The notes under the pieces were generated by a model. It was not told where the DNA came from and searched no databases. It worked only from the letters and a program-made list of their open reading frames with translations. A stretch of DNA of 64,000 nt. It comes from Camelus ferus. Its lineage: Eukaryota. Positions within the stretch are counted from its first letter, which is position 1. Each line of letters opens with the position of its first letter. The stretch spans positions 4,528,001 to 4,592,000 of the forward strand of contig NC_045698.1 of NCBI RefSeq assembly GCF_009834535.1, written 5' to 3'. Positions 24,400 through 37,430 of the stretch are shown here, in pieces. The position numbers and the translations under genes were made by a program.

Positions 24400-25680
24400 G
24401 AGTTGCCAAATTTTTAATGCTGATTAAAAGCCAGATAATTCATGGTCTTTCATTTTTATCACTGTTTGATCATGAACAGCAGACACTGTTGGTCTACAAT
24501 GTATCATCCATCTATACACAAGAACATCATAACATATTCTTACTCTTGAATTCTGAGTTTGAAAGTTAAGATGAGTTTCTATTGAAACTTAGGAAATTGT
24601 AACTATAAACAGTGATTGAATTTCTGAAAATGTTTGCTTGTTCTTTGAAGACAATTCACAGTGTAAATTTAATAAGTACCCCACTGCAATTTTAGGAGAT
24701 ACATTCCTAATATTTATCTTTCTCCTGGACTTAAAATTCCTGAAAGCTTCCCTTCATTGTCAAAGCTCAGAAGTATTTATTCCGTGGCACACTGAATTAG
24801 AAATGTGATATCAGAGGATTTGGAAACAGTTTATGACATGCCAAGTAGAGACTGTAATATCGTAAGAGATTCCAGTTCAAGTTGGCAGGCAAAACGTAAT
24901 TTAAACATAAAGTGCTATATTTAAAAAGCAAACAAAATTTCAATTTGGATAAATAAAAATAATTCCATTTTCAAACGTCAGCATCACAAAGAATGGAATG
25001 CACACAAAAGAATCATCACTGCAGAGATGTCCCTCTGCTTTTCCTAGAGATGAAGCTGGTCAAGTGGTGATGAAGGACGAGCAGCCTCCTGAGTGACATG
25101 CAAGAGGCATAACGTACTCACTGGCCTCCCCTAAACGTTGTTACATTGACTCCAAATAGTATGAAAACTACAGGTCTGCTCAAAATGGAGGTTCTCTAAG
25201 CACAGTGCTAACCAGTTTGACCAGAAAAAAAGCCAGCGTTAACTAGGTATACAATCTTTATTGACTATATTTTTTTCATTTTAAAAAAAAAAAAAAGCTA
25301 GTCCAAAAATGTCCTCATCCTCTAAAGATGTGTCTCTTCCAAATACAGTGGAACAGACGTGACCACATGCCTTAGAATTCCTTACAGAATCACTCCCGGA
25401 CACAACCAGCCCAGCATTTGCAGGTTGTGTTTGGTGATGAGAGTGTAAGAGGCTGTCAGACCCATTTCAACAAAGCCAGGAGGCTGATTGTTAACATGTT
25501 AAAATGATTCAGACATCCAATGGTTGATTGTATGCTAATTATTTATGTAGAGCATTGATTCACTAACATAAAAAACAAATGACAGCAGCCAGACAACCAC
25601 CTCATTCAGTATCCAGAGGGTTAATTCTCCTTCCTATTTCTGCAGGCAAGTCCTTCTATGACCAAAATCGTGTGGCTTCC

Positions 25681-26442
25681 ACAAATGACACATGCTGGGG
25701 AGGGTGTGGAGAAAAGGTGGGAATGCTGGTGGGAATGCAGTTTGATGCAACCATTATGGAAAACAGTATGGAGTGTCCTCAAAAAACTAAAAATAGACTT
25801 ACCCTATGATCCAGCAATCCCTCTCCTGGGCATATATCTGGAGGGAACTCTAATTCAAAAAAATACATGCTCCCCACTGTTCATAGCAGCACTATTTACA
25901 ATAGCCAAGACATGAAAATAACCTAAACGTCCATCGACAGAAGAATGGATAAACAAGCTGAAGTATATTTATATAGTGGAATACTACTCAGCTGTAAAAA
26001 TAATAAAATAATACCGTTTGCAGCAACATGGAGAGCATCCTTCTAAGTGAAGGAAGCCAGAAAGAGAGGAAAATACCATGTGATATCACTCATATGTGGA
26101 ATCTAAGAAGAGAAGAAAGAAGACTCTAATGAACTCATCTTCAAAACAAACAGATTCACAGACATAGTAAATAATCTTACGGTTACCAGGGGGAAAGAGG
26201 GTGGGAAAGTATAAATTTGGGAGCTCAAGATTTGCAAATATTAGCTACTATATATAAAAATAGATTTAAAAATTGTTCTTCTGTATAGCACAGGGAAATA
26301 CGGTCCATACCTTGTAATAAACTTTACTGTAGAAGACTATGAAAGCAAATATATATGTATATATATGTATGGCTGGGACATCAGACTGTACACCAGAGAT
26401 TGAGACATTGTAACTGACTATATGCCAATTAAAAAGAAAAAA
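25681..26442 (+). mobile_element. 5'-truncated L1 (ORF2 C-terminus plus 3' UTR)
   Basis: Encodes [14 protein letters not shown]...[11 protein letters not shown] and ends in an A-rich tail. TSD core tgtggcttcc at 25671-25680 and 26450-26459. Confidence 0.92.
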
Positions 26443-28807
26443 GACATCTTGTGGCTTCCTATGATAGAAGTCTCTAGCACTTTACAAAGTGATCGTCTGA
26501 ACAGCATGCTAACAGCCATCATAAACAGACGTGAATGCCAATGTTCCATTCACCCATCACCCAGGCTGATCAGTGCCCAGGAGGCTGGGCGCCAAGGATT
26601 AGCTGTGAGCACATCCTGGCCCTTGCGGCTTACATTGTACCCCTCCTGGACAGCGCTGCCCAAGACTCTGTCCGCTGAAGGCCACTTGATGACCTGATAG
26701 GGAACCTGGGACATGGTCAGGGCTCAAAGCACACTTATTAAACAAAAAACTGACTTCCACACTGCTTCTCACTTAATGAGAAGACCAAGGAAGGACAGCG
26801 CCAGGCTTCAGAAAAAGCCTGGACAGGACAACATGGGCCGAGATTCCGGATCCTGAGATAAGTGTCCTGTAGGGAGTTGGTGGCTTTCATGAGGACGAAG
26901 GGGACAACTGTGCCTGTTGCTGCTTCTGGCTGGAGGGCATTCAAATCCACCACCAAACCCAACTGAACTGTATATTTTCAGACCCATAACAGTCTTGGAA
27001 CTAAGCAAGTTAGTGGGCGCACAAGGTGGCCTGTGGGTGTGTCCCCTGGGAACTCCTCTTTGCCAGAAGCAACTTCGAGAAGCTAACACCCTTCCCCAGG
27101 CCAGTTTGGGGCCCTCCACATCTGCCTCTTCGCTCTTATTTGACCTTATTCTCAAAGCACTGACTTAGCCCCAACTAGCACCACTGAAGATGAAATTTGG
27201 GGGTACCCGTGGGCTATGATGATGTCCAAGATTGCCAAGTAAGTCGTGACTTTAGAACCAGTAGCTCAAGTGTGATTCAAGGCTGGTTTTCCTCCAGCCT
27301 TCTTCTATGTCCCTGGGGAGGGCCCACTGTCTGTGTTTTCACATCTGAATACATGTACCCCCACCACTGGGGACCAGCTCTTCTCTAGGATTCAGCGTGA
27401 GACTCCAGTGCTGTCCGCCACCCCAGGCAGCAGCCGGCCCACGGGGCCACCGGTCTGCAGCTTCTCTTAGGGGGGCTGCTGCCCTAGCCTCTCCTGGTGG
27501 CCAGGGCAGCTCTCCCTCACGGTTCAGTATCCCTGGGGAAACAGGTGCATCCAGATGCCGAGCCCACAGGCCCTCACCCAGCCAGGGCTGTAAGGCACTG
27601 GCCGCCCATCCACAGATCCGCTTCCTTCTGAGCCGCCCCGCGGCATCTACAGGCTCCTGTGAGCCTCCCGCTTGCCCAACCCTGCACTCTCGCTGCCAAA
27701 ATGACTCTGCCGTGGCCATCTTGTGGCTGGGACAGAGGCCAAAGCCCTGGCCCACAATATTCTCCTGGCTCATCTGCCCATCTCCGCCCCAGAGGGCAGG
27801 TCTCTGAATTTCTCCTTCCCTCATCACTGTGCCCAGGGCTTCCGACTGTGTCCTCTCCTGCGAACTGGGCCTGCCTTCCACCCTCAGACCTTGTAGTTAA
27901 GCCTCCATGCTGCTCAAGCTGCAGGACAGAACGAGGGACTGGTTTAGTGCGCAGGGGCTGAAGTCAGGCAGTCTTCCAGAAGCTCCAGGCTTCTCACAGT
28001 TGCCAGCTGCCTTATTTGTTTTAACCCCACACGATCTTCGCTCCGCTCTGACACACAGTCCCTGCCCCTGACGGACTCAGGGTCCCTTCAGCAACCCCCA
28101 GGGCTCGGTTCTCAGGCTTGTCCCGGCCTGACCTGGCAGCAGCTGGCGTTCTCTCTGCCAAAGGCTTTCCTCTCTCCCTTTTACCTGCTTCTCATCCGAA
28201 CCCTCTGCCTCCCTGGCTTCTCCCTCCCATGACTGTGCACAGCCTCAGTCACACGCTACCTGCTGTCCTCTCAGTCCGCTGCTGTCTGTGGGAAAACAAC
28301 CCGCTGGCTGTCCTGGCCAAAGCCGAAATTCAGCAAAGCAGAGAGCTTACTGAACCATGTCCTCGTCAAAGGACACTTCTCCAAGGCTAGGCTTCATTAT
28401 GGCATCTCCCTTCTCAAACTCCTCCTATGATTTCCACCTCTGCTGCATCCAGAAGGTTTTCTGCCCTGGGTCCCAAGGCACAGCAGTTTGAATCACCACA
28501 GATTCCATTCCTAGAAACGTCTGTTTAATTTGATAGGACTTTCTTGACATCACATCTTAGAGAATAGAAATGCCAAAGGGGCTTGTTATCCAGTGGGCCA
28601 GCTCACTGGGGAAGCCATCTCCGGTGGGCAGCCTCACTCCCCCCTGGCAAGCCCAGGGTCGAGGGCAGCTTCTGCAGATCAAGCCCACTTCTCATACACA
28701 CTTGCAACCCATGAGATTTGCAGTTACTCTTGGGAGCTGGAGAAAAGACTTTCAGCTCTAAAACACTCATTTGAATCAAGCTTTCACAAAATTTAGAACC
28801 GAATCGA

Positions 28808-30000
28808 TAGTTTTAAGTCAATACCATGATTGCAATAGCTTTGTAATATAGTTTAAAGTCAGGGAGCATGATGCCTCCAACTTTGTTCTTTATCAAGATT
28901 TCTCTGGCTATTGGGAGTGCCGTACAAATTTTAAGGTTATTTGTTCAATTTCTGCAAAAAATGCTGTTGGAATTTTGATAGGGATTGCATTGAATCTGTA
29001 GATTGCTTTGGGGAGTATGGACATTTTAATATTGATTCTTCCAGTCCATGAGCACAAAATATCTTTCTATTTATTTGTGTCTTTCTCAATTTCTTTCACT
29101 AATGTTTCCTAGTATTCAATATACAAGTCTTTCACTTCCTTGGTTAAATTTATTTTTAGGTAGTCTATTCTTTTTGATGCAATTGTAAATCAGATTTTTT
29201 TCTTAATTTCTCTTCCTGATAGCTTATTAGTATATAGAAACAAAACAGATTTTTGTGTATTGATTTTGTATCCTTCAGCTTTACTGAATTTGTTTATTAA
29301 TTCTAATAGTTTTTTGATGGAGTCTGAAGGCCTTCCTATACTTAATACCATGTCATCTGCAAATAATGACAGTTTTACTTCCTCCTTTCCAGTTTTGATG
29401 CCTTTTATTTCTTTTTCTTGCCAAATTGCTCTGGCTAGGACTTTGAATACTATGTTGAATAAAAGTGGCTAGAATGGTCATTCTTGTCTTGTTCTTGATC
29501 TTAGAGGAAAAGATTCTCACCACTGAATATGATGCCAACTGTGGACTTGTCATATATGGCTTTTATTATGTTGAGGTATGTTCCCTCTATACATGCTTTG
29601 TTGAGAAAACTAAACTATGCTATTGAATGGAATGTTATATATGTATCGGTTAAGTCCATTTGACCTAATGTCTTATTTAAGGCCAATGTTTTATCATTGA
29701 TTTTCTGTCTAGATAATCTATCCATTGATGTAAGTGGGGTATTAAAGTCATCTAATATTATTGTATTGCTGTTTATTTCACCCTTTAGGTTCTATTAATA
29801 TATGCTCCATATATTTAGGTGCTCCTACATTAAATGCATAAATATTTATAAATGTTATTATATCCTCTTGTTGGACTGACCACTTTATCATTATGTAATA
29901 CCCATCTTTTCTCTTATTACAGTCTTTGTTTGAAAGTCTATTTTGTCTGATAAAAATATAGCTACTCTGGTTTTCTTTTGGTTTCCATTTGCATGGGTTA
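28808..30000 (-). mobile_element. Older L1 ORF2 fragments (RT-region piece joined to an endonuclease-region piece)
   Basis: Classic antisense ORF2 text (gggattgcattgaatctgtagattgctttggg; atcatgtcatctgcaaa-like). A jump near 29605 leads to EN-region text (tccattgatgtaagtggggtattaaagtc). Confidence 0.85.
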
Positions 30001-30006
30001 TCTTGT

Positions 30007-31450
30007 GGTTTTTTATTTTATTTTATTTTAAATTTCTTATTGATTTGTAATCATTTTACAATGTTGTGTCAAATTCCAGTATAGAGCACAATTTTTCAGT
30101 CATACATGAACATACATATATTCATTGAGACATTTTTTTCCTCTGTGAGCTACCATAAGATCTTGTGTATATTCCCCTGTGCTATACAGTATAATCTTGT
30201 TTATCTATTCTACAGTTTTGAAATCCTGTCTATCCCTTCCCACCCCCCACCCCTTTGGCAACCACAAGTTTGTATTCTATGTCTATGAGTATATTTTTGT
30301 TTTATATTTATGTTTTGTTTTTGTTTTTCTTTTTTTCTATTTTTTTTTTTTTTTAGATTCCACATATGAGTGATCTCATATGGTATTTTTCTTTCTCTTT
30401 CTGGCTTACTTCACTTAGAATGACATTCTCCAGGAGCATCCATGTTGCTGCAAATGGTGTTATGTTGTCGGTTTTTATGGCTGAGTAGTATTCCATTGTA
30501 TAAATATACCACCTCTTCTTTATCCAGTCATCTGTTGATGGACATTTAGGCTGTCTCCATCTCTTGGCTATTGTAAATAGTGCTGCTGTGAACATTGGGG
30601 TGAAGGTGTCTTTTTGAAGTAGGGTTCCTTCTGGATATATGCCCAGGAGCAGGATTCCTGGGTCATACGGTAAGTCTATTTCTAGTCTTTTGAGTAATCT
30701 CCATACTGTTTTCCACAGTGGCTTCACCAAACTGCATTCCCACCAGCAGTGTAGGAGGGTTCCCCTTTCTCCACAGCCTCTCCAGCATTTGTCATTTGTG
30801 GATTTTTGAATGATGGCCATTCTGACCGGTGTGAGGTGATACCTCATTGTAGTTTTGATTTGCATTTCTCTGATAATTAGTGACACTGAACATTTTTTTC
30901 ATGTGCCTATTGATCATTTGTATGTCTTCCTTGGAGAATTGCTTGTTTAGGTCTTTTGCCCATTTTTGGATTGGGTTGTTTGTTCCTTATTAAGTCGTAT
31001 GAGCTGCTTATATATTCTGGAGATCAAACCTTTGTTGGTTTCATTTGCAAAAATTTTCTCCCTTTCCATAGGTTGTCTTTTTGTTTTACTTATGGTTTCC
31101 TTTTCTGTGCAGAAGCTTGTAAGTTTCATTAGGTGCCATTCATTTGTTCTTGCTTTTATTTCTATTGCTTGAGTAGACTTTTCTAGGAGGACATTTTTGA
31201 GATGTATGTCAGGTAATGTTTTGCCTATATTTTCTTCTAGGAGGTTTATTGTATATTGTCTTATGTTTAAGTCTTTGATCCATCTTGAGTTGATTTTTGT
31301 GTAGGGTGTAAGGGAGTGCTCTAGCTTCATTGTTTTACATGCTGCTGTCCAGTTTTCCCAACACCATTTGCTGAAGAGACTGTCTTTATTCCATTGTATA
31401 TTCTTGCCTCCTTTGCCAAAGATGAGTTGACCAAAAGTTTGTGGGTTCAC
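30007..31450 (-). mobile_element. Young 5'-truncated L1, ~1.45 kb
   Basis: ORFs 30947-31450 and 30353-30886 are ORF2 C-terminal sequence ([32 protein letters not shown]). Has a 3' UTR and A tail, with TSD tatcttgt at 29999-30006 / 31451-31458. Confidence 0.95.
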
Positions 31451-31521
31451 TATCTTGTATTTTTAAAGTGACATTTTTCTATATATAAGCACAAGCTTTA
31501 ATAATTTTATAAAATGTATTA

Positions 31522-32575
31522 TTGTAACAGCTTGGGTCTACAGTGGCTTCATGATCCATACCCCCTAGTGTTCACAATCTCATGTGATCCCTTCCTGTAT
31601 TAGAGTCTTCCAGAGAACCAGAACCAACGAATCCAATAGAAATATATATATATATATATATACATATATACACACACACACACATATATATAAATTTATT
31701 ATAAGGAATTGGGTCACACAATTATGGAGGCTAAGAAGTCCCACAACCTGCCATTGGCAACCTGGAAACTCAGGAAAACCTGGTATTTCCAGGTTGAGTC
31801 TGAAATCCTGAGAGCCAGGAGATCTGATAGTGTAAGTTCTAGTCCAACGGAGGAGAAGACCAATGTATCAGCTCAAGAACAGTCAGGTAGTGGGGGTAAA
31901 TTCCTTCCTATTCAGGCTTTTATTCAATTCAGGCCTTCAACTAATTAGATGTGGCCCACCCAAACTGGGGAGGGTAATCTGCTTTACTCAGTCTACTGAT
32001 TCAAATGCTATCTCACCTGGAAATGCCCTCACAGAATAATGGTTAATTAAATATCTGGGTGCTCCACATCCCAGTCAAGTTAACATATAAAATTAACTAC
32101 CACACCTCTAATGGCAAAGGTATAGGAGGTATATGAATATGAGTATGTGATTATAACACGTAAGACAGTTAACACCCATCTTGTGAGATGCTCCCTTGAT
32201 GAATCTGAAGAAGCCAGCTGCCATGATGGAAACTGGCCCTTGGAGAGGATCACATGGCATGGAGCTGACAATGGCCTTCAGCTGACTCACAGCAAGAAGC
32301 TGAAGCCCTCAGTCTGACAACTACAGGAACTGATTGCTGTCAACAACCACATGAGCTTAGAAGGAGATGCTTTCTCACTGGAGTCTCTGATGGGACCCCC
32401 GCCCACCTGACAGCTCGACTGCAGCCTGATGAGACCCTGTGCAAAGGTCTCAGTAAGCTGTGCCCAGAGCCCCAACCCTCAGAAACTCTGAGATCGTAAG
32501 TGCGAAGTTCTACACCTCTAAGTTTGTGGCAGTATTGATATGTAGCAGCAGACGACTAGTAAAATCATAGAAGTA
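31522..32575 (+). mobile_element. MaLR LTR (MLT1E/F-like), interrupted by MLT2
   Basis: gaagaagccagctgccatg...cagcaagaagctgaagccctcagtc...caacaaccacatgagcttagaag...taagtttgtggcagt. Confidence 0.75.
31596..32104 (-). mobile_element. ERVL LTR (MLT2-like) with internal (TA)n(CA)n microsatellite
   Basis: tgtattagagtcttccagagaaccagaacc...aggaattgggtcacacaattatggaggct...aaaattaactaccaca. Confidence 0.88.
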
Positions 32576-34276
32576 TGACAGCTTGCTCTTTGTGAAGGTC
32601 GAAAGTGACTGGGAGATAGACAACTTTTCAGAGCAGCTAAGACAAATATACATGTGTCTTCTTAACCTCATAGAAACCAGAGCATTTTGTAAGAGTGTCT
32701 TTTGTGTGTCTATTTGGTCTAACATCAAGTTTGGTCGCAATGTCCTTGCTTCTTTAAGTCATTTCAAAGCTCAACTTGTCACAAGAAAATAAATGGAACT
32801 GTTAAGTTGGTAAAATGGTTTTCTGAACTTCTAGGACCTTGTCCACAGAATGATGGAATCTAAGTTACACTATCAATCAACTATGAACCAGTTTAAAAAC
32901 TGTTGAAAGCAGACCACTTTCCCAGGTTTTCTTTTTTTTTAAATGACATTCTCCACTTTCCCCTGAAGAAAATGGAACTGGAAAGTCATATTTTTATTGC
33001 TGCTGACCAATGGAATTCAAAGGTAATATTTCACAATGTTCCCCCTCATTTGTAAAAACCTCATCTCTGTCAAATACAATACAAGTGAAATATTAGGTTG
33101 TTACTTCTTCAATTTCTGGGTCTCCAAAAGCATTCAGTTTTTACATAAATGAATATATGTCTAATGAAGCAGCATAAACGTCCCTCGGCACTTAGCGTTC
33201 TACCTAGAGATCTGCTGGCAAGCGGACAGGTGTCTGTCTACGGGGCAGAATATGAAGGCTTAAACACTATTCACCTGCATTCAGGATGGATGGTGGGACT
33301 CTCTATCCCACCAGAAATGAAACAAGATGGGTTCACAGGGCTGGAGCATGGAGCATTGACGGGGTGGCAGGAGGGCTCAGCATGAGGCTGAGGACTCGGA
33401 GTCTACACCATTTGTGCAGCTGGTCTCATGGTGAGTGTCCTTGCTACTCCAAATGGAAACGGGGAGGTGGTATCTCTCGAACACTGTGCATATGCAGCCC
33501 TCCTGTTGAAGGGGAGACCTGTTCTTTGCCAGAGTACCTCCCTAACTTTACATTTCCTCTGGGAAGATGCTGGAAATCCAGCTGCTTTACGGATTACACT
33601 GGAAGAATGGGTTCCTCAATATTTATGAATGAGCCGGCTGAGAAAGAATGAATGAGATTGTTAACACTCTGTTTTGGAGGGCATATTTGGAAAGTTTTAT
33701 GTAATATCCAGAGCTGAGTGAAAACCATGGTAAATGAAGGGTCCTTGGGCTAAAGACAAAGCCCAGTGGTGCTGAAGACATTTTACTTCCCGTCTAGCTT
33801 CACAGAGTGCTGCCCGTCAGAGCTTGGCCAGGATGCAACAGGATGCAAGCTCACAGTAAGCTCCGCCAGTTTGGGTGCATTTAGGAAAGTCTGGCCTGGA
33901 TTCCCGGGAACACTGACTTAGACATTCCAGAGAACTGACGGCTCATTATTCCCCAAAGCTTATGGAGGAAAAACCAAGCTGTGAGTCAGGGGCCTTTAGG
34001 AACCATGGTGCCCACACATTGATCATTGCAGGGACCCACTGAGGATCTCAGACTGACAGCCACCAGGCATCCCCGCTTCACACAGCTAACCCCTCTCCAA
34101 GCCGGGGCCTGGACTGGCGGGATGGGGCCAGTTGTAAAAAGGCGCCCTCCCTCAGGACGCTTCACGTCTACTCGTCGGAAAACTGTCAGCATGTCCTGAT
34201 TGTTTTAGAACAAGGCACTTCCCTTTGCTGGAAAACCGTCCAGAAAATACAAACCTGCAGCGTCCGCCCCGTCTGA

Positions 34277-34296
34277 CGGCGCCCCCTAGAGGTCGC
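34277..34296 (-). promoter_or_regulatory. Candidate CTCF site in a local CpG cluster
   Basis: The minus strand reads GCGACCTCTAGGGGGCGCCG, a close match to the CTCF core. A GC box lies adjacent at 34264-34270. Confidence 0.6.
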
Positions 34297-35299
34297 GCCC
34301 TCCCCTCCCCACCAGCACCACAGACGCGGCTCCTGAACATCCCTCCTGGGGGCAGGGCTTCCTCTGTCCGCAGGGAAGCTTCCTTGTCCACGCTATCTAG
34401 CCCTCGCCTGGGGGCCGAGAGGCATGGCGAGGAGTCCAGAATCCCTTCTTGCAGACTCATCAAGAGCCCTTTGTTTCTTAGGTGAATAGCAAACAAATGG
34501 GTTATTATTCTGCATTTCTATGTATTTCATCAGTTAATTGGAGACACGGTTCTGCCTGACTAGGAAGGTTTTCAATCTTGGGCTCCTTGAGTTGGAAACC
34601 TTGAGGCACAGTCTTGAACCTTCAGGGACAGATTTCACTTCCAACACCTTCCCGATACTGAGTGGCGACGTGGGTCCTGAGAATGCCCAATGCCCATATT
34701 TTACAGGCTTTTCTTTCTATGACAAGTAATAATCTAATTCAGAGTGAGAGATGTTATTCACAGAAACAAATAATAGCCTCTACTAAGAGTGTTCATCGTG
34801 TTGAGAATAACGCACTGGGAAGTGCAAGACTGCAGAGTGCACGCCCAGGATGGCGGGGGTGGGGGACAACTTTCCCTCTTGAATAAATGAAAAGGAACAC
34901 AATATTACTTCCATTTTTATTAGGAAATACATCCTGCAATAACTCCCCGTTCTTCTCTTTCTAGTAGAGAAGCTCCGTCTTTCTCAGACTCTCTCAGACG
35001 TGGAAGGGACAGACTCAACGTCTGCTCTTAGCTGGGTCTCCCTCGGTTTCGACATCCCCTTGGCCAGCCCTCATCCAGCCCTTGCCTGGAGCCAGGCAGA
35101 GCATCAGGCTCAGGTGCCACAGAGGTGAAAACAGGATGGTTTCTCAACCTTAAGGGACTCATTACCTGATGAGTCAATAAAATAATTGTTAACACAACAT
35201 GTTAAGTGTCTGATACAAATTATATTCAGGACTCGTGTAAAGGGAAGGGGAGATGCTTGGTTCTGCAAAGACATCAGGTGACCTTTCAGACTGGTCTTT

Positions 35300-37430
35300 G
35301 GGAGAAAAAATTCTGCTTATTATCAACCACTTAATTCTTTCCCTGTGGACCCAGGAGGATGGCATCACCAGCCCCATTTCTCCAAGTGGGACCCCGAAAC
35401 TAATGCCTACTGGTGAAATGTAAGCCCGTGGGATGGATAACACTTCCAGGCTGGCCCGTGAAATATCTCACACACCCGATCCTCTCCCCTCTTCTTCGAT
35501 GGCAAGTTTGAAGCCCTGTGTTGGACACGGCAGCATCCCAAGATGGAAGGAGCCAGGAGGGCCGAGTTACTGCCTTCAGGTAGGTGCCCTTCTAGGAGGA
35601 GCCCTGACTACAAAATACATATTGGATATCAGGTGAGGGAGAAACTGTTCCCTTGTTGAGCCACTGAAATTTGGGGTCACTTACAACAACTAGCGTGGCT
35701 CAGTTAACACCAAGGAGATCGGTGCTCTGTAGTGAGCTGTTGTCGCAGCAAAAAGGATGTGGCTGTTCTCTGAGCAGTCAAGCAAGGGACGGTGAAGGAA
35801 CCGCATGCTGGGTACATTACATAATAATAAGACATTTGACAAAATGGTCACCTGCAGAGACTTGGAAGTCAGAACCCCATCAGTGTCGGCTCTGGGGGGT
35901 GTCATTGGAAAATGGAATGTTAGAAATGTGTTTTAATTGGAATTGGCTCTGTTCTGGAAGGCAATACAAGAGAGAGCTGAGTTCAGTAAATAATTGGTTG
36001 TTTTGTCAACGGAAAATGAAAGGTGATATAGAGTCCAGAAATTCAAGAACTTGCAGGGCTGTGGAAGGTGACTTCTTCTAGTCCCCAAACAGTAAAATAT
36101 GGGAATAAAATAATTTGAGCTGCTAGAGTGAAGGTGAACTTTCTGAGCGAAGTAACATGACTCAGGGCACAGGTGTAAGTCAGTGTGTGGACGTCCCCTT
36201 CAAGCCCGATGCCTCAAGGAGGCTGCTGTTATATTGAGAGAGAGAGGGAGAGAGAGTCACAGAAGAGAGGAGGCCAGAAAACAAAGGGGACTCCAGAACA
36301 ATGGAACGATGTTTAGGAAAGGACTTTTGATGCAGTCACAGGTACATGGAATTGACTGGAGGCGAGTAGATCAGCAGTCACTAAGTTTTTGAGATGATTA
36401 CACTGCCAAGAATACCGTGAGTCTGGGTCAAAGAGCTCTTTGATTACTTGGGGACTTGGAAACAGACTTTGAGCCCTCAGTCTTTGCTAAACAGGAATTG
36501 AGCTCCCAATGGAGAACACGCAACCTAAAGTCCACTCTTCTGTGGACGTGGTGAGAAAGACCAAGCAGGGGCGCCAGAGGGTGGATGGAACCTGGGACGG
36601 TAACCATGGGGCCCTGGGGAGCAAACGCAGGGTCTGAGCAGAGTTTCCCAGCATCCGGGGCGGGGAAGCACCACCACGCCCGTCCTGCGGGACTAAAGTA
36701 CAGCCATGGCTCAGTGACGGGTATGACTTCTCCTGTCCTACTTTTTTCCAAGTTCTCCCGTCCTGATCCAGCACTGTAGATTGGAAATCAGGGAGGTGGA
36801 TGGCAGATAACTTACCCCTCAGATCACAGGGGGCCACATCAAAAGGAGCTTCTCCTCTCTTCAGGAAGTGGCTCACACCCTTGAGAGAGCCTGGGCTCTG
36901 AATTGGATGCTGTAACTGGACGGGTGGGCGTCTGAGTTCTCTTTCTTGGGAAGGTGAGCAAGTTGTATTCTGTGAAAAGAAAAATAAAGCAATTTGGTGA
37001 CCAAAAGGGTGGTCAGCAGCAGAGATAATACTATCACCTTATTGAGTTGTTTTATATTCCTCCTGGAGTCCAGGAAACCACATTTCCTTACTCTTTTGCC
37101 TATGGGTGTGATCATACAGTTAGTTTTGACCAATGCAATATGAGCAGAAGTGATGGGCGCCTGTATTGGCTTGTGCTGTTTAAAAAAACAAAACCAAAAC
37201 AAAAACCTTCCATGTATACTTTTTCTTCCCTTCCGTGGTGATCTTAGAGGCTATTTGCTGAGAATGGCGGTATCTCAAGATGTTTTCACCCCTTGGAGGG
37301 GAGCTTCCCAGGAGAGCCATCTAACCAAGGACATCCCCAGGAGACCTTGAGTGAGTGAGAAACGACCAGTTACTGTGTTAAGTCCCCAAGACTTGGGGCT
37401 TGTTGTAGTTTCTAGCATTATTTGCTTGAA
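35300..37430 (+). mobile_element. Ancient MaLR element, LTR-internal-LTR (MLT1I/J-like)
   Basis: Two diverged LTR-like blocks (~35300-35712 and ~37010-37430) share motif order (atggcggtatctcaagatg / acggcagcatcccaagatg; gttaagtccccaagacttgggg / gttgagccactgaaatttgggg). They flank MLT-internal-like sequence. Confidence 0.6.

Larger units (their letters stand above)
24156..28805 (-). pseudogene. Putative processed (retroposed) mRNA 3' UTR of unidentified origin, interrupted by two L1s
   Basis: After removing the L1 at 24190-24399 and one TSD copy, the minus strand reads ...gcATTAAAaatttggcaactcc-A17. The block upstream is unique-looking and lacks recognisable old repeats. The 5' boundary is uncertain, and I found no TSD and no coding part. 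Confidence 0.55.

Noticed and set aside
24156..26459. Single twin-primed (inverted) L1 3'-transduction event
   Set aside because: The plus-strand L1 at 25681-26442 has its own TSD (tgtggcttcc), so it is an independent, later insertion.
27339..27961. Overlapping 100-180 aa ORFs on both strands
   Set aside because: GC-rich sequence with stop-codon scarcity and no recognisable domain. Probably UTR-like DNA within the putative retrocopy.
30353..31450. 177-aa and 167-aa ORFs as host genes
   Set aside because: They are broken fragments of L1 ORF2 from a 5'-truncated copy that cannot retrotranspose autonomously.
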